Assembly: GCA_963768575.1 (NCBI GenBank)
Contig: CAVYIJ010000001.1
Coordinates: 162,912 to 226,911, forward strand
Length of the DNA stretch: 64,000 bases
Source of the DNA: an uncultured Halobacteria archaeon
GTDB taxonomy: Bacteria; Pseudomonadota; Gammaproteobacteria; UBA9214
Direction: 5' to 3'
Position 1 is the first letter of the stretch, and each line of letters opens with the position of its first letter. The notes under the pieces were generated by a model. The model ran no database searches. It saw only the letters and a list, made by a program, of their open reading frames with translations, and was not told the DNA's origin. A program made the translations under genes and the position numbers. This document shows, one piece after another, positions 47,641 through 59,872 of the stretch.

Positions 47641-48555
47641 TTACGGCTCCTCTCCGGCACCCTGGATCAGCGCTTCCTCGATGGCGCCCGGTGCACACAT
47701 GATGCTCATGAAAGTCGCTCCGGTTTCGCTGGCGACCATCGGCAGATGCGGCCAGTTGATGGCGATACGGAAACGCGCATACAAGGCACGTGCTACACCA
47801 TCCGTGACGACCATTTCATACGGCAGGTGAGCGGTTGAACGCGGAGAGGCTCTATCGATGCGGCCCATGATGTATTCATCACCGCTGCAGTCATCGGCAT
47901 CAACACCCTTGAGGGCAACACCGAACACAGTTTCGTCCTTGCCCGGGATATCGACACGATAGACCTTGCTGGTGCCACCACTACCGGCAGCCAGCGCGGC
48001 TTCAACGGCCTTGACGGCTTCAGCCTGGCTATCGTACTCGGCCAGCTCGCTCGGATCGTCGAAGTACTCCATCATGACGGTGTAGTGATACTTGCGCAGG
48101 TCTTCAGCCGTCAGGTCCTTCTCGGAACCGAAGTCCTTCTGGGCACCCAGGGCGCTTTCCAGCTGGCTGCGGACATCGGCCATGTCGCTGGCCATGCGGT
48201 AGGCGGCCGCCATGTAGACAGGATTGGTGTAGACCACCTCGGTGCTGTCGCCATTCTTCGTCACCGAGATGCGGGTAATTGCGCCATAGCCGCCGAACTC
48301 GGACTTTGCAGCATGGCCCTTCTGGGCGTCGTTGGTAACGACAATGATATGTGCATCGGCATAGGGTGAATATTCGCCCACGACCTCAAAGCCCCCGGCC
48401 GTGACCTTGGATTTCACCTCGGCTGAAACAGTTGCGACATCTCCGCTGGATGTACCCGCGAGCACAAATGGCATGATAACCTGTGCCAGGGCGCTACCAG
48501 TTGAAATAATGAATATAAATCCCGTGATCAGGGTTTTTCTTAGCATGCCTGTCAT
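47641..48555 (-). CDS. Hypothetical periplasmic protein, probably two internally repeated domains
   Basis: Signal peptide ending ALA-Q; strong GGAGG RBS; own terminator; strongly C-ending codon usage. Confidence 0.75.
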   Translation of the reverse strand: MTGMLRKTLITGFIFIISTGSALAQVIMPFVLAGTSSGDVATVSAEVKSKVTAGGFEVVGEYSPYADAHIIVVTNDAQKGHAAKSEFGGYGAITRISVTKNGDSTEVVYTNPVYMAAAYRMASDMADVRSQLESALGAQKDFGSEKDLTAEDLRKYHYTVMMEYFDDPSELAEYDSQAEAVKAVEAALAAGSGGTSKVYRVDIPGKDETVFGVALKGVDADDCSGDEYIMGRIDRASPRSTAHLPYEMVVTDGVARALYARFRIAINWPHLPMVASETGATFMSIMCAPGAIEEALIQGAGEEP

Positions 48556-48804
48556 TACCAAATCCTCCAGAACGCTTATAAAAAAAGTTTGTATTTGTTT
48601 ATCGTTATAAAAATGCTGTGCGATATTGCCTCAGCAAAAAGGCATAACTACAGTCACTTAAACGAGCCGCAGAGTATAGGTGAATCATTGATACAGTGCG
48701 AGCGCCAATAATCTAGCATGAACATCACCGGTTACGACCCCCGCTGCGGAAAAAAGTTTTACCGGTTCCGGACAAGACACAAAAAGGTAACTATTTGAAA
48801 GCTA

Positions 48805-49257
48805 ATGGATATGATCTGGACACCCCACGTGACGGTTGCCGCGGTAATTGAACGCGACGGCAAATTCCTGCTGGTACAGGAGCGCAGTGGCGGGCGCACG
48901 GTTTACAACCAGCCTGCCGGGCACCTTGAAGACAATGAAAGCCTGCTTGATGCCGTCATCCGCGAGACCCTGGAAGAGTCGGCATGGCAGTTTGCGCCGA
49001 CGTCGGTAATCGGCGTTTACCGCTGGCGCCATCCGCGCAAACAGGTGACCTTCATGCGTGTCGGTTTTGCTGGACATGGCACCGCCCACTTTCCGGACCG
49101 CCCGCTGGATACCGACATTGAACGGGTGCTGTGGATGGACGTCGACGAGATCAGGGAGCGGCGAGCTGAACTCCGCAGTCCGCTGGTGTTGCGCTGTATC
49201 GAGGATTACCTCGGCGGCGCGTCCTACCCCCTGTCCCTGCTGGCAGATATCGAGTAG
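48805..49257 (+). CDS. nudJ: NUDIX hydrolase NudJ-type
   Basis: PHVTVAAVIE, NQPAGHLE..ESL..A..RETLEE and LRSPLV; directly upstream of mnmA. Confidence 0.8.
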   Translation: MDMIWTPHVTVAAVIERDGKFLLVQERSGGRTVYNQPAGHLEDNESLLDAVIRETLEESAWQFAPTSVIGVYRWRHPRKQVTFMRVGFAGHGTAHFPDRPLDTDIERVLWMDVDEIRERRAELRSPLVLRCIEDYLGGASYPLSLLADIE

Positions 49258-49260
49258 CCA

Positions 49261-50343
49261 GTGAGCAGGGTCGTAGTGGGTCTGTCCGGGGGTGTCGATT
49301 CTGCTGTCGCGGCGCAAATGCTGCTGCGACAGGGACATGATGTCACCGCAGTATTCATGAAGAACTGGGACGATGACGACGATGCGGGCCATTGTCCCGC
49401 GGAAGCCGACCTGGCCGATGCGCGTGAAATCGCCGACCGGCTTGGTATCGAACTGCAAACCGTGAGTTTTTCCGCTGAATACTGGCAACGTGTTTTCGCA
49501 CATTTCCTCGAGGAATGTGCGGCAGGCCGAACACCGAGCCCGGACATCGTCTGCAATCGTGAAATCAAGTTCCGGGCATTCCTCGATCACGCCACCGCCA
49601 TGGGCGCCGAATACATTGCGACCGGACACTATGCACGCATTCGCAGGACGCCCGTTGTACAACTGTTGCGTGCCGCGGATGAGAGCAAGGACCAGACCTA
49701 TTTCCTGCATACGCTGACGCAGGCGCAGCTGGCACGGAGCATGTTTCCGCTGGGTGATATGCTCAAGCAGGATGTCAGGGCGCAGGCTGCACGGTCAGGC
49801 TTTACAGTAGCCGACAAGAAGGACAGTACCGGAATCTGTTTTATCGGCGAGCGTCGCTTCAGAGAATTCCTGGCGCGTTATCTTGACAAACGGCCGGGTG
49901 AAATACGGACGCTGGATAATACGGTGATCGGGCAGCACGAAGGCGTCAGTTTCTATACCATCGGTCAACGACAGGGTCTCGGGATTGGCGGACGCCGCGA
50001 GACAAGCGGTGAACCCTGGTATGTCGCGGACAAGGACATTGCCGCCAATATTCTCTACGTCGTGCAGGGCAGCGAGCACCCTGCCCTGTACAGGCAGGGG
50101 CTGCGCGCCAGTCAGTTGCACTGGATCGGTGGCGACATGCCGGCGCTGCCGTATGCCTGCCAGGCGCGTATCCGCCACCAGCAACCATTGCAGGCAGCGA
50201 CTATTACCGCAATGGAAGGCGACCACTGTACGGTCCTGTTCGCTGACCCGCAACGCGCCGTGGCGGCCGGGCAGTCGGTCGTATTTTATGACCGTGAGGT
50301 ATGCCTCGGCGGTGGCATCATCGAGGAAGGCCTTGGAGCATAA
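49261..50343 (+). CDS. mnmA: tRNA 2-thiouridine synthase MnmA
   Basis: SGGVDS, PD..CNREIKF, ATGHY, KDQTYFL and DSTGICFIGE. Confidence 0.96.
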   Translation: MSRVVVGLSGGVDSAVAAQMLLRQGHDVTAVFMKNWDDDDDAGHCPAEADLADAREIADRLGIELQTVSFSAEYWQRVFAHFLEECAAGRTPSPDIVCNREIKFRAFLDHATAMGAEYIATGHYARIRRTPVVQLLRAADESKDQTYFLHTLTQAQLARSMFPLGDMLKQDVRAQAARSGFTVADKKDSTGICFIGERRFREFLARYLDKRPGEIRTLDNTVIGQHEGVSFYTIGQRQGLGIGGRRETSGEPWYVADKDIAANILYVVQGSEHPALYRQGLRASQLHWIGGDMPALPYACQARIRHQQPLQAATITAMEGDHCTVLFADPQRAVAAGQSVVFYDREVCLGGGIIEEGLGA

Positions 50344-50991
50344 ATGAAGGACAGCAACGACAATCCATTCCGCGGGCAAGCCATTGCCCTGGCCGGAATG
50401 TACCAGGCCGCCAGGCTGGTACAGCAGACTGCGCGCGGCCAGGTTCGTGATACATCGGCAACGCAAACCAGCATCGCCAGCCTGTTCATAACTTCCCCCG
50501 GCACTGCTGAGGACGTCTATGACGGGATTGCCGGGCTGGCAATCGGGCTGGAGGTATTGTGTCAGCAACTCGGTAATAACGGCAGCGCGCGCGACCTGGA
50601 ACTGACCGGCTATGTCGTCGCCCTCATGCACCTTGAGCGAAAATTGTCCAGGCAGCCTGCCCTGCTGGATGAAATCAGCCGGGGCATCGAATCCTGCGAG
50701 GGCGGTGGTGTCCATGGTCCGGCAATCACGCCGGATATTATCAGCATGCTGGCCGACATCTACACCCGGACAGTCAGTACACTGGCGCCAAGGATCATGG
50801 TCAAGGGAGAGCCTGGCATTCTGACCGGGACGGACAGCCAGAACATGATCCGCGCATTATTGCTTGCCGGTATCCGGGCGGCCGTGCTGTGGCGGCAATG
50901 CGGCGGTAGCCGGATCAAGCTTGTCTTCAGACGCAAAACATTGCTTGAACATGCCCGGAGATTGTCGCGTGGCATGAGCGGCGCGCACTAG
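50344..50991 (+). CDS. hflD: High-frequency lysogenization protein HflD
   Basis: IALAG..QA..LV and IRALLLAGIRAAVLWRQ.GG; follows mnmA. Confidence 0.92.
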   Translation: MKDSNDNPFRGQAIALAGMYQAARLVQQTARGQVRDTSATQTSIASLFITSPGTAEDVYDGIAGLAIGLEVLCQQLGNNGSARDLELTGYVVALMHLERKLSRQPALLDEISRGIESCEGGGVHGPAITPDIISMLADIYTRTVSTLAPRIMVKGEPGILTGTDSQNMIRALLLAGIRAAVLWRQCGGSRIKLVFRRKTLLEHARRLSRGMSGAH

Positions 50992-51058
50992 TGCTGGCCT
51001 GCCGGAGGCCCGAAACCGTGTATAATTACGCTCCTTTCGCCAGCCGCATGGAGATTTC

Positions 51059-53728
51059 ATGAACAACAGTTTCAACACCCGCGACACGCTTGAGGTCGGC
51101 AACAGGAAATACGAGATTTTCAACCTGCGCAAACTGGGCGAAACCCGTGACATCAGTCGTTTGCCGTATACACTCAAAATACTGCTGGAAAACCTGCTGC
51201 GCTACGAGGACGAACGCACCGTTACCCGTAAAGACATCGAGGCGCTGATCAACTGGGACCCGCAGGCGGAACCCGACGTTGAAATCGCCTTTCGTCCGGC
51301 GCGCGTCCTGATGCAGGACTTTACCGGCGTCCCGGCCGTTGTCGATCTTGCCGCCATGCGCGATGCCATGACGCAGCTCGGCGGCGACCCGGACCGTATC
51401 AATCCCCTGCAGCCGGCAGAACTGGTGATCGACCACTCGGTACAGGTGGACAGCTTCGGCTCGGCCGATGCGATCGACCTGAACAGCGAACTGGAATACC
51501 AGCGCAACCGGGAACGCTACAGTTTTCTCAAGTGGGGCCAGAATGCATTTTCAAACTTCCGCGTAGTGCCACCGGACACCGGTATCGTGCACCAGGTCAA
51601 CCTCGAATACCTGGCTCGTGTGGTGTTCGAACGCGACAACGAGGGTGTCCGCCAGGCCTATCCCGACACGCTGGTCGGTACCGATTCGCACACCACAATG
51701 ATCAACGGTCTTGGCGTGCTCGGCTGGGGCGTGGGCGGCATCGAAGCCGAAGCCGCCATGCTGGGCCAGCCGATCTCCATGCTGATCCCGCAAGTGGTCG
51801 GTTTTCACCTGCACGGTCATCTCACCGAAGGCGCTACGGCCACCGACCTGGTGTTGACGGTCGTGGAAATCCTGCGCAATGAAGGCGTGGTCGGCAAGTT
51901 CGTTGAATTTTACGGTGACGGACTGGATCACCTGTCGCTGGCCGACCGTGCAACCATTGCCAACATGGCGCCGGAATACGGTGCGACCTGCGGTTTTTTC
52001 CCGGTTGATGATGAAACGCTGGCCTACCTCCGGCTCAGCGGCCGCAGCGAGTCGCAGATAGCGCTGGTGGAAGCTTACTCGCGCGAGCAGCTCATGTTCC
52101 GCGAGCCGGGTTCCGCAGCGGCCGGCTATACGAAGACAGTCGAACTGGAACTGTCCAGCGTGGAGCCGAGCCTGGCCGGACCGAAGCGACCGCAGGACCG
52201 TGTTCCTTTGAAAGATGCCAAGTCACGCTTCAAGACCGACCTGTCAGCGCTGAAACAGGAGCGAAACATCAGCAGCAAACCCGTCGACACAGTCATCAAT
52301 GGCGAAACCGTCACGCTGGATGACGGTAGCGTGGTGATTGCAGCGATCACCTCGTGCACCAATACCTCCAACCCGTCCGTCATGGTCGGCGCCGGGCTGG
52401 TTGCCAAAAAAGCCCACGCACTCGGGCTCGGCGTCAAGCCCTGGGTCAAGACTTCGCTGGCACCCGGATCGCGCGTTGTTACCGCGTACCTCGAGCAGGC
52501 GGGCCTGATGGACGCGCTGAACAGCCTGAGTTTCAACACGGTGGGTTATGGCTGTACTACCTGTATCGGAAACTCCGGACCCCTGCCGGAGCCGGTATCG
52601 AAGGCGATCCATGAGGGTAACCTGTCGGTTTGCTCGGTACTGTCAGGCAACCGGAATTTCGAAGGCCGCGTGCATGCAGAGGTCAGGATGAATTATCTTG
52701 CATCGCCGCCACTGGTCGTTGCCTATGCCATCGCCGGTCGCATGGATATCGATATGCAGAACGAACCGCTTGGCACCGGCAGCAATGGTGAACCGGTCTA
52801 CCTGAAAGATATCTGGCCCGGCCAGGATGAAATCCGCGCGGTAATCAACAGCAGTGTCGACCAGGAAATGTTCAGGAGCACGTATGCGGAGGTATTTGCC
52901 GGCGAGTCACGCTGGAATGCACTGCAGTCGCCGGATAACAGGCAATACGAGTGGCTGGACGATTCAACCTACATACGTAAACCGCCCTACTTTGAAGGCA
53001 TGACCCGGGAAGCGGGCGCTGTTGACGATATCACGGACGCGCGCGTGCTGGCGTTGCTCGGTGACTCGGTTACAACCGACCATATTTCGCCGGCTGGCGC
53101 CATTGCACCGGGCAGTCCTGCCGCAAGTTACCTGGAAGCAAACGGCGTGGACAGCAAGGACTTCAACTCGCTTGGTTCGCGGCGGGGGAATCACGAGGTC
53201 ATGATGCGAGGTACCTTCGCGAATATCCGCTTGCGCAACCTGCTCGCGCCCGGCACCGAGGGTGGTGTTACCGTTCACCAGCCGAGTGGCGAACAAATGA
53301 GTATCTTTGCGGCATCTGAACGCTATCGCGAGGAAGGTGTGCCGCTGGTGATACTCGCCGGCAAGGAGTACGGCTCGGGATCGTCCCGCGACTGGGCGGC
53401 CAAGGGCCCGCGCCTGCTGGGTGTGCGCGCCGTGATCGCCGAAAGCTATGAGCGTATTCACCGCTCCAACCTGGTGGGCATGGGTATATTACCGCTGCAA
53501 TTCAAGGCAGGTGATACACCCGCCAGCCTTGGCCTGGACGGGCGGGAAACATACACCATTGCCGGGCTGCATGACGGTCTTGCCGAATTCACCCGGATAA
53601 TCGCCACCGCGGGCGATGGCAAACAAAAGGAATTCGAGGCAAGGGTACGCATCGATACACCGCAGGAGTACGAGTACTACTGCAACGGCGGAATTCTGCA
53701 CTACGTGCTGCGCCAGCTTGCCGCCTGA
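51059..53728 (+). CDS. acnA: Aconitate hydratase A
   Basis: [39 protein letters not shown] and [12 protein letters not shown]. Confidence 0.97.
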   Translation: MNNSFNTRDTLEVGNRKYEIFNLRKLGETRDISRLPYTLKILLENLLRYEDERTVTRKDIEALINWDPQAEPDVEIAFRPARVLMQDFTGVPAVVDLAAMRDAMTQLGGDPDRINPLQPAELVIDHSVQVDSFGSADAIDLNSELEYQRNRERYSFLKWGQNAFSNFRVVPPDTGIVHQVNLEYLARVVFERDNEGVRQAYPDTLVGTDSHTTMINGLGVLGWGVGGIEAEAAMLGQPISMLIPQVVGFHLHGHLTEGATATDLVLTVVEILRNEGVVGKFVEFYGDGLDHLSLADRATIANMAPEYGATCGFFPVDDETLAYLRLSGRSESQIALVEAYSREQLMFREPGSAAAGYTKTVELELSSVEPSLAGPKRPQDRVPLKDAKSRFKTDLSALKQERNISSKPVDTVINGETVTLDDGSVVIAAITSCTNTSNPSVMVGAGLVAKKAHALGLGVKPWVKTSLAPGSRVVTAYLEQAGLMDALNSLSFNTVGYGCTTCIGNSGPLPEPVSKAIHEGNLSVCSVLSGNRNFEGRVHAEVRMNYLASPPLVVAYAIAGRMDIDMQNEPLGTGSNGEPVYLKDIWPGQDEIRAVINSSVDQEMFRSTYAEVFAGESRWNALQSPDNRQYEWLDDSTYIRKPPYFEGMTREAGAVDDITDARVLALLGDSVTTDHISPAGAIAPGSPAASYLEANGVDSKDFNSLGSRRGNHEVMMRGTFANIRLRNLLAPGTEGGVTVHQPSGEQMSIFAASERYREEGVPLVILAGKEYGSGSSRDWAAKGPRLLGVRAVIAESYERIHRSNLVGMGILPLQFKAGDTPASLGLDGRETYTIAGLHDGLAEFTRIIATAGDGKQKEFEARVRIDTPQEYEYYCNGGILHYVLRQLAA

Positions 53729-55550
<1,822 letters not shown>

Positions 55551-55567
55551 ACCGCGCCACCCGCAGC

Positions 55568-55792
55568 TCAAGTCTTGCTGAATACCAGGCGCGTGACGGG
55601 GTGAATGTTTACGTGATTGATCGGCACCCATTCAGCCGAGATATTATTCAGCCGGCGGTCGGGAGCGCTGCGTCGGTCGCACTTTGCCGAGCGATTATGC
55701 TTGATGCCGAAGTGGCGCCTGTCATGATATTTTCTGCGTTCTGTCATGCTGTCAGTCCATAAACGGTTGCTCTGATATGCATTCTCGGACAT
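55568..55792 (-). CDS. Small Arg-rich hypothetical protein
   Basis: ERRKYHDRR and DRRSAPDRR repeats; fills the gap downstream of the DUF1269-like gene. Confidence 0.5.
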   Translation of the reverse strand: MSENAYQSNRLWTDSMTERRKYHDRRHFGIKHNRSAKCDRRSAPDRRLNNISAEWVPINHVNIHPVTRLVFSKT

Positions 55793-55834
55793 TTCATGGC
55801 GCCATGGCTATTGGACTGAAGTCCTAGAGTGCTG

Positions 55835-56351
55835 TTACGGGAACGCCGGAATCACCGGTTCAGTGCCTTCGATATGAGCTTCAGGGTGATGCTTCTTGAC
55901 CAGCGCGGTTATTTCCTCGACCCTTGTCTTGGGTACATCGACCATCATCAGCAGATTGCCGTTCTCGATCGCCTTTTCAAACTCGGTTAACCGGGAGCTT
56001 GGCACAGACACGCCGATCATGCCGGATGCCCACGCGCCGAGACCGGCGCCTGCCAGCCCGATGCCGAGGATGGCGCCACCGCCGAGTGCCAGACCGACAC
56101 CGGGAATCGCGACGGCGGCGATACCGGCCAGAATTCCGGTTGCACCACCGATCGCCAGGCCACGCTCGACGGCCGGGACAAAATCACTCTCCTGCAGCAG
56201 ATTTGCTTCCGGCAGGTTCGCTTCTGTCAACGCATGGTGGTCTGATGCGGCAATATGCATGTGGCGTTCTTCGATCCGCGCCAGTAACAGCTCGTCAACA
56301 ATTATCTTCGCGCTGTGCAGTGTCGGGTACCAGGAAATAGAGTCTTCTCAT
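55835..56351 (-). CDS. DUF1269-like glycine-zipper membrane protein; +1 frameshift near 56320
   Basis: GGAGG RBS, then MRRLYFLVPD joins in a shifted frame to ..IVDELLLARIEERHMH..LPEANLLQESD and a Gly-zipper TM pair. Confidence 0.75.
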
Positions 56352-56460
56352 GTGCTTCCTCCGGGCCGCTCTTATCAGGAAAAAAATTTACAGTGGATAA
56401 ATGGCGTATAACTATATATAGATCAAATATTACCAATACGCCAGTCAAATGACCTGGTCT

Positions 56461-57108
56461 TCAGTCATCGCATGCAGGCGCCCGGGAGCACTTCTCCCGC
56501 GTCGTCCGCCAGGCAGCATAATCAGCAGGTGTATCGAGATCGGGGCGCGTGGCCAGTTTTCGGTACGACAGGCCGAGCTCCTCGAGGCGCTGCTCGGTAC
56601 GCGCCAGGACGTCTGCGCTACCCCAGGGGATCGATTCAAACAGGCGCGGATGGTGGGTATGCATACCCACCAGGTAGTAGCCGCCGTCCTCGGCAGGCCC
56701 CAATACCACATCCGTCCCGCCAGCCAGCATTTGCAACGCGGTGTCGACATCTCCGGGCGTCAGCGACGGGCAGTCCGCCCCGATGACCACGACACTGTCA
56801 GCACGCTGCAGCGCCTGTTCCACGGCATGGGACATACGCCTGCCGAGATCGCCCGGCGATTGGCTGGCCAGTACCAGCGAATAGCGATCGCGGCACTGGC
56901 TGAAAAAGGCATGCTGCATGTGTGGCGCACACCATAATTCCACGGGACACAGCGATGCCGTGCAAATGCTGTCGAGGATTTTTCCCAGCAATGTCCGGTA
57001 GCAGTCTGCCGCCGCATCCGCGCCCAGCAGCGGAATCAGGCGGGTCTTGACCTTGCCGGGAACCGGTGCCTTGCTCATTACGAGCACGCGCGCACGTGGA
57101 TGCTTCAT
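56461..57108 (-). CDS. TIGR04282-type (DUF2064) transferase, arsenosugar/rSAM-associated
   Basis: KAPVPGKVKTRL, Q..GDLG.RM, IGADCP, LGPAEDGGYYLVG and DLDTPAD. Confidence 0.85.
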   Translation of the reverse strand: MKHPRARVLVMSKAPVPGKVKTRLIPLLGADAAADCYRTLLGKILDSICTASLCPVELWCAPHMQHAFFSQCRDRYSLVLASQSPGDLGRRMSHAVEQALQRADSVVVIGADCPSLTPGDVDTALQMLAGGTDVVLGPAEDGGYYLVGMHTHHPRLFESIPWGSADVLARTEQRLEELGLSYRKLATRPDLDTPADYAAWRTTREKCSRAPACDD

Positions 57109-57815
57109 GAAGAATGTACGCTGTAATACCGGGTCATTCGCTGCGGCGAAATGCCGAGAAAATAGCCCAGCCGCAGGCACCACATGGTGAGAATCGTCCT
57201 GATGACACCGTGGCGGCGCCAGCGCCTTGCGGACGTATGCAGCGCGGTGCGAAGTGCCGCCGGACGGGTCAATGCCCCGAGCGCCCGGCTGGCAGCGATA
57301 TCTTCCATTAGCGGAATATCCTCATAACCGCCAATCTGCTCGTACGCGGCGCGGGTCATGAAGATACCCTGGTCGCCCGTTGCAATGCCCGTCAGGCGTG
57401 AACGCAGATTCATCGACCAGGCTATGCCATCGAGCAGCACACCTTGCCCTGCAAGCACGACATCAAAGCGTCCCCAGCAGTTAATTCCTGCAGCAAGCGC
57501 TGCAATGATCTGCTGGTCGGCATTTTCCGGCACCCGGGTATCGGCATGCAGGAACCATAATATGTCACCCCTTGCATGCTTTGCGCCGGCATTCATCTGC
57601 CGTGCACGACCGCGATCAGCGCGAATGACGAGGTCTGCAAACTGCCCGGCGAGGCGCATTGTCGAGTCGGCGCTGCCGCCATCCACCACGATGACCTCGT
57701 GCCCGCGCAATCGCATTGGCTGCAGATATTCCAGGGTCCCGGCGATGCAGGCCGCCTCGTTCAGGGCGGGTATGATAATGGACAGGCGTGAATGCTCAGC
57801 CACAACAGCCGCCAT
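57105..57815 (-). CDS. TIGR04283-type GT2 glycosyltransferase, arsenosugar/rSAM-associated
   Basis: SIIIPALNEA, VDGGS.D, GRARQMNAGA, FLHAD, TGDQGIF, PLMED and TSARRW. Confidence 0.88.
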   Translation of the reverse strand: MAAVVAEHSRLSIIIPALNEAACIAGTLEYLQPMRLRGHEVIVVDGGSADSTMRLAGQFADLVIRADRGRARQMNAGAKHARGDILWFLHADTRVPENADQQIIAALAAGINCWGRFDVVLAGQGVLLDGIAWSMNLRSRLTGIATGDQGIFMTRAAYEQIGGYEDIPLMEDIAASRALGALTRPAALRTALHTSARRWRRHGVIRTILTMWCLRLGYFLGISPQRMTRYYSVHSS

Positions 57816-58869
57816 TGACCGGTGTCGTTGGGCAACAGCCGTTATCCCGGTCACTGTCTTCCGTCAGGTCAATGAAAGCGCCGCCGTATGCGGGCCCGGT
57901 CAGGACCCTGTACCTGTCTCCCGTAACCGTGAAGCGTGCCCCACGCCGGTAACAATGTCCGGCTTCATCGGTTACCGAGTCAAACGGGCCGCGGTAGACC
58001 AGGGTATGCTGCTCATCGTTACCGGCAGCGATTGCCGGCCTGGTAGCCGTAAGCGTCACCGAGCGGAATTCGATGCCGTTAACCACCTGCCACGGCTTGA
58101 CATCCCACTTGTCATAGGTCACCGCACGGAACCCTGCCGCGGCAAACACCGCCAGCATCTCCTCCTCGTGAAACGCGCCCGATATACAGCCGCTCCAGAG
58201 TTCAGGGTCATGCTTCATGGCCGCGGGCACCGGCCGGTCACTGATGATATCGGAGATAGCGATACGCCCGCCGGGCTTCAGTACGCGGAATATTTCCTCG
58301 ACCATTTGTTGTTTTTCGTAATCCGCAACCAGGTTCAGAACGCAATTGGAGATTACCAGGTCGATGGATGCATCCGCGATCAACGGACGGGCATGTTTTT
58401 GCTCTGCTTCAAGCTGCTTCAGGAGCTCATGATCAGGGTGGCCGGCATCCGCATGCTGCTCCACCCGCTCCTGTACCGCACTGATATCAAGGGCGAGATC
58501 CTGTATCTTGCCCTTGAGGAATTCGACGCGGTTGCCGCCAAGGCGCGCGGCCATCGCAGACTGGTACTTGCGTGCCAGCGCAAGCATGTCGTCATTCATA
58601 TCGATGCCAATGACCTTGCCGCCCCGGCCAACCAGTTGGGCTGCCATGTAGCAGATCTTGCCGCCGCCGGAACCGAGATCGAGTACGGTATCGCCAGTGC
58701 AGACGTATCGGGAGGGATCGCCGCAACCGTAGTCGCGCTCGATAATTTCCTTCGGCAGGATCGTCAGCAGGCTGCTGTCGTAGTCTACCGGGCAGCAGAG
58801 TGATTCCTGTATTTTCCGCGCCCCGGCCGTGTAACGTTCCAGTACTGCACTTTCGGTATCCAGTGACAT
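57796..58869 (-). CDS. SAM-dependent methyltransferase, arsenite methyltransferase (ArsM)-like
   Basis: LCCPVDY, YGCGDP, LDLGSGGG, ISNCVLNL, WSGCISGA and a C-terminal GCC...GGCCG. Confidence 0.82.
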   Translation of the reverse strand: MSLDTESAVLERYTAGARKIQESLCCPVDYDSSLLTILPKEIIERDYGCGDPSRYVCTGDTVLDLGSGGGKICYMAAQLVGRGGKVIGIDMNDDMLALARKYQSAMAARLGGNRVEFLKGKIQDLALDISAVQERVEQHADAGHPDHELLKQLEAEQKHARPLIADASIDLVISNCVLNLVADYEKQQMVEEIFRVLKPGGRIAISDIISDRPVPAAMKHDPELWSGCISGAFHEEEMLAVFAAAGFRAVTYDKWDVKPWQVVNGIEFRSVTLTATRPAIAAGNDEQHTLVYRGPFDSVTDEAGHCYRRGARFTVTGDRYRVLTGPAYGGAFIDLTEDSDRDNGCCPTTPVNGGCCG

Positions 58870-58890
58870 TTTTATCTTGCCTGTAAATTA

Positions 58891-59857
58891 CTACTTTAAT
58901 AAAGCGCCGCTGCAACCCGATCCCTGTCCGGCGGTGCACGCATAACAATGGTCCGCAACGTTAATTGCGCATCCTTTTAAATCCCCTGCTGCAAGCCCGC
59001 TGATGTGCAGACGGCCTTCGCTGCCGGGGTTTACCGGAAGGCCGAGCATTTGATTGAAGTCACAATCATACACATAACCCTGCCAGTCAACGCTGATGAG
59101 CGTACGGCACATAACGGATTCAAGATTGGCATCCAGGTGCGAACGCCTGAGCAATAGCATGTAGTCGTTAAACTCGCCGCGGCTGACCAGCGTGCTGCCA
59201 AAACGCTTGATAGGCATATTGGTCAGCGTCAGGAGCCTGTTGAAACACGATGCCGAACTGTTCTTCGAGGTGCCGTTTGTAGTCCTGCTCCAGCGGTTGT
59301 TGTGCCGGCGGCAATACCGGCCCCTGAGGATTGTAAACGAGATCGAGGATCAGCCCGGAGCCGTCTTGTCCGTAACCCAGTTCATTCAGCAACCGCAAGG
59401 CGGACAGGCTCTGCTCGAATGTCCCGTCGCCCCGCTGGGCATCGACATTATCCTTTATATAACATGGAAGTGAGGCAACAATCTTAACCGAGTTATCAGC
59501 AAGAAAACCGGCCGTATCCTGCTGGCCCGGCGCCAGCAAAACGGTCAGGTTACAGCGGTCGATCACATCGAGGTTGCGCTTTCGGGCGGCCAGCACCAGG
59601 CGTTTGAAACGGGGGTTCAGTTCCGGCGCGCCGCCGGTCAGATCAAGCGTGTGAACGGCAGACCTGTCAATGAAGCGGATGACATCATCGACAGTCCGGT
59701 CCTGCATGATCTCGGTGCGTTTGGGCCCTGCATTGACATGGCAATGCAGACAGGCCTGGTTGCACAGGTAACCGAGATTGACCTGCAGCGTTTCGAGTGC
59801 CGCGCGTCGCAGTTCGGGAAAGTCGGTTTGTACCAGTAAAGGCAGGGTTGCATGCAT
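58891..59857 (-). CDS. arsS: ArsS-type radical SAM protein (TIGR04167/DUF3641); +1 frameshift near 59244
   Basis: LQVNLGYLCNQACLHCHV, DLTGGAPELN, ASLPCY, NMPIKRF, YDCDFNQML and HCYACTAGQGSGC. Confidence 0.85.
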
Positions 59858-59872
59858 TGTGCAGACCTTGTT

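Noticed and set aside
50344-50991. hflD as a sign of a prophage
   Set aside because: It is a conserved host gene in the mnmA-hflD-purB neighbourhood.
58891-59217. Selenocysteine in the ArsS C-terminus or programmed frameshifting in arsS
   Set aside because: The C-terminal motif uses Cys codons and ends in TAG; the break is a single extra base like the other apparent errors.
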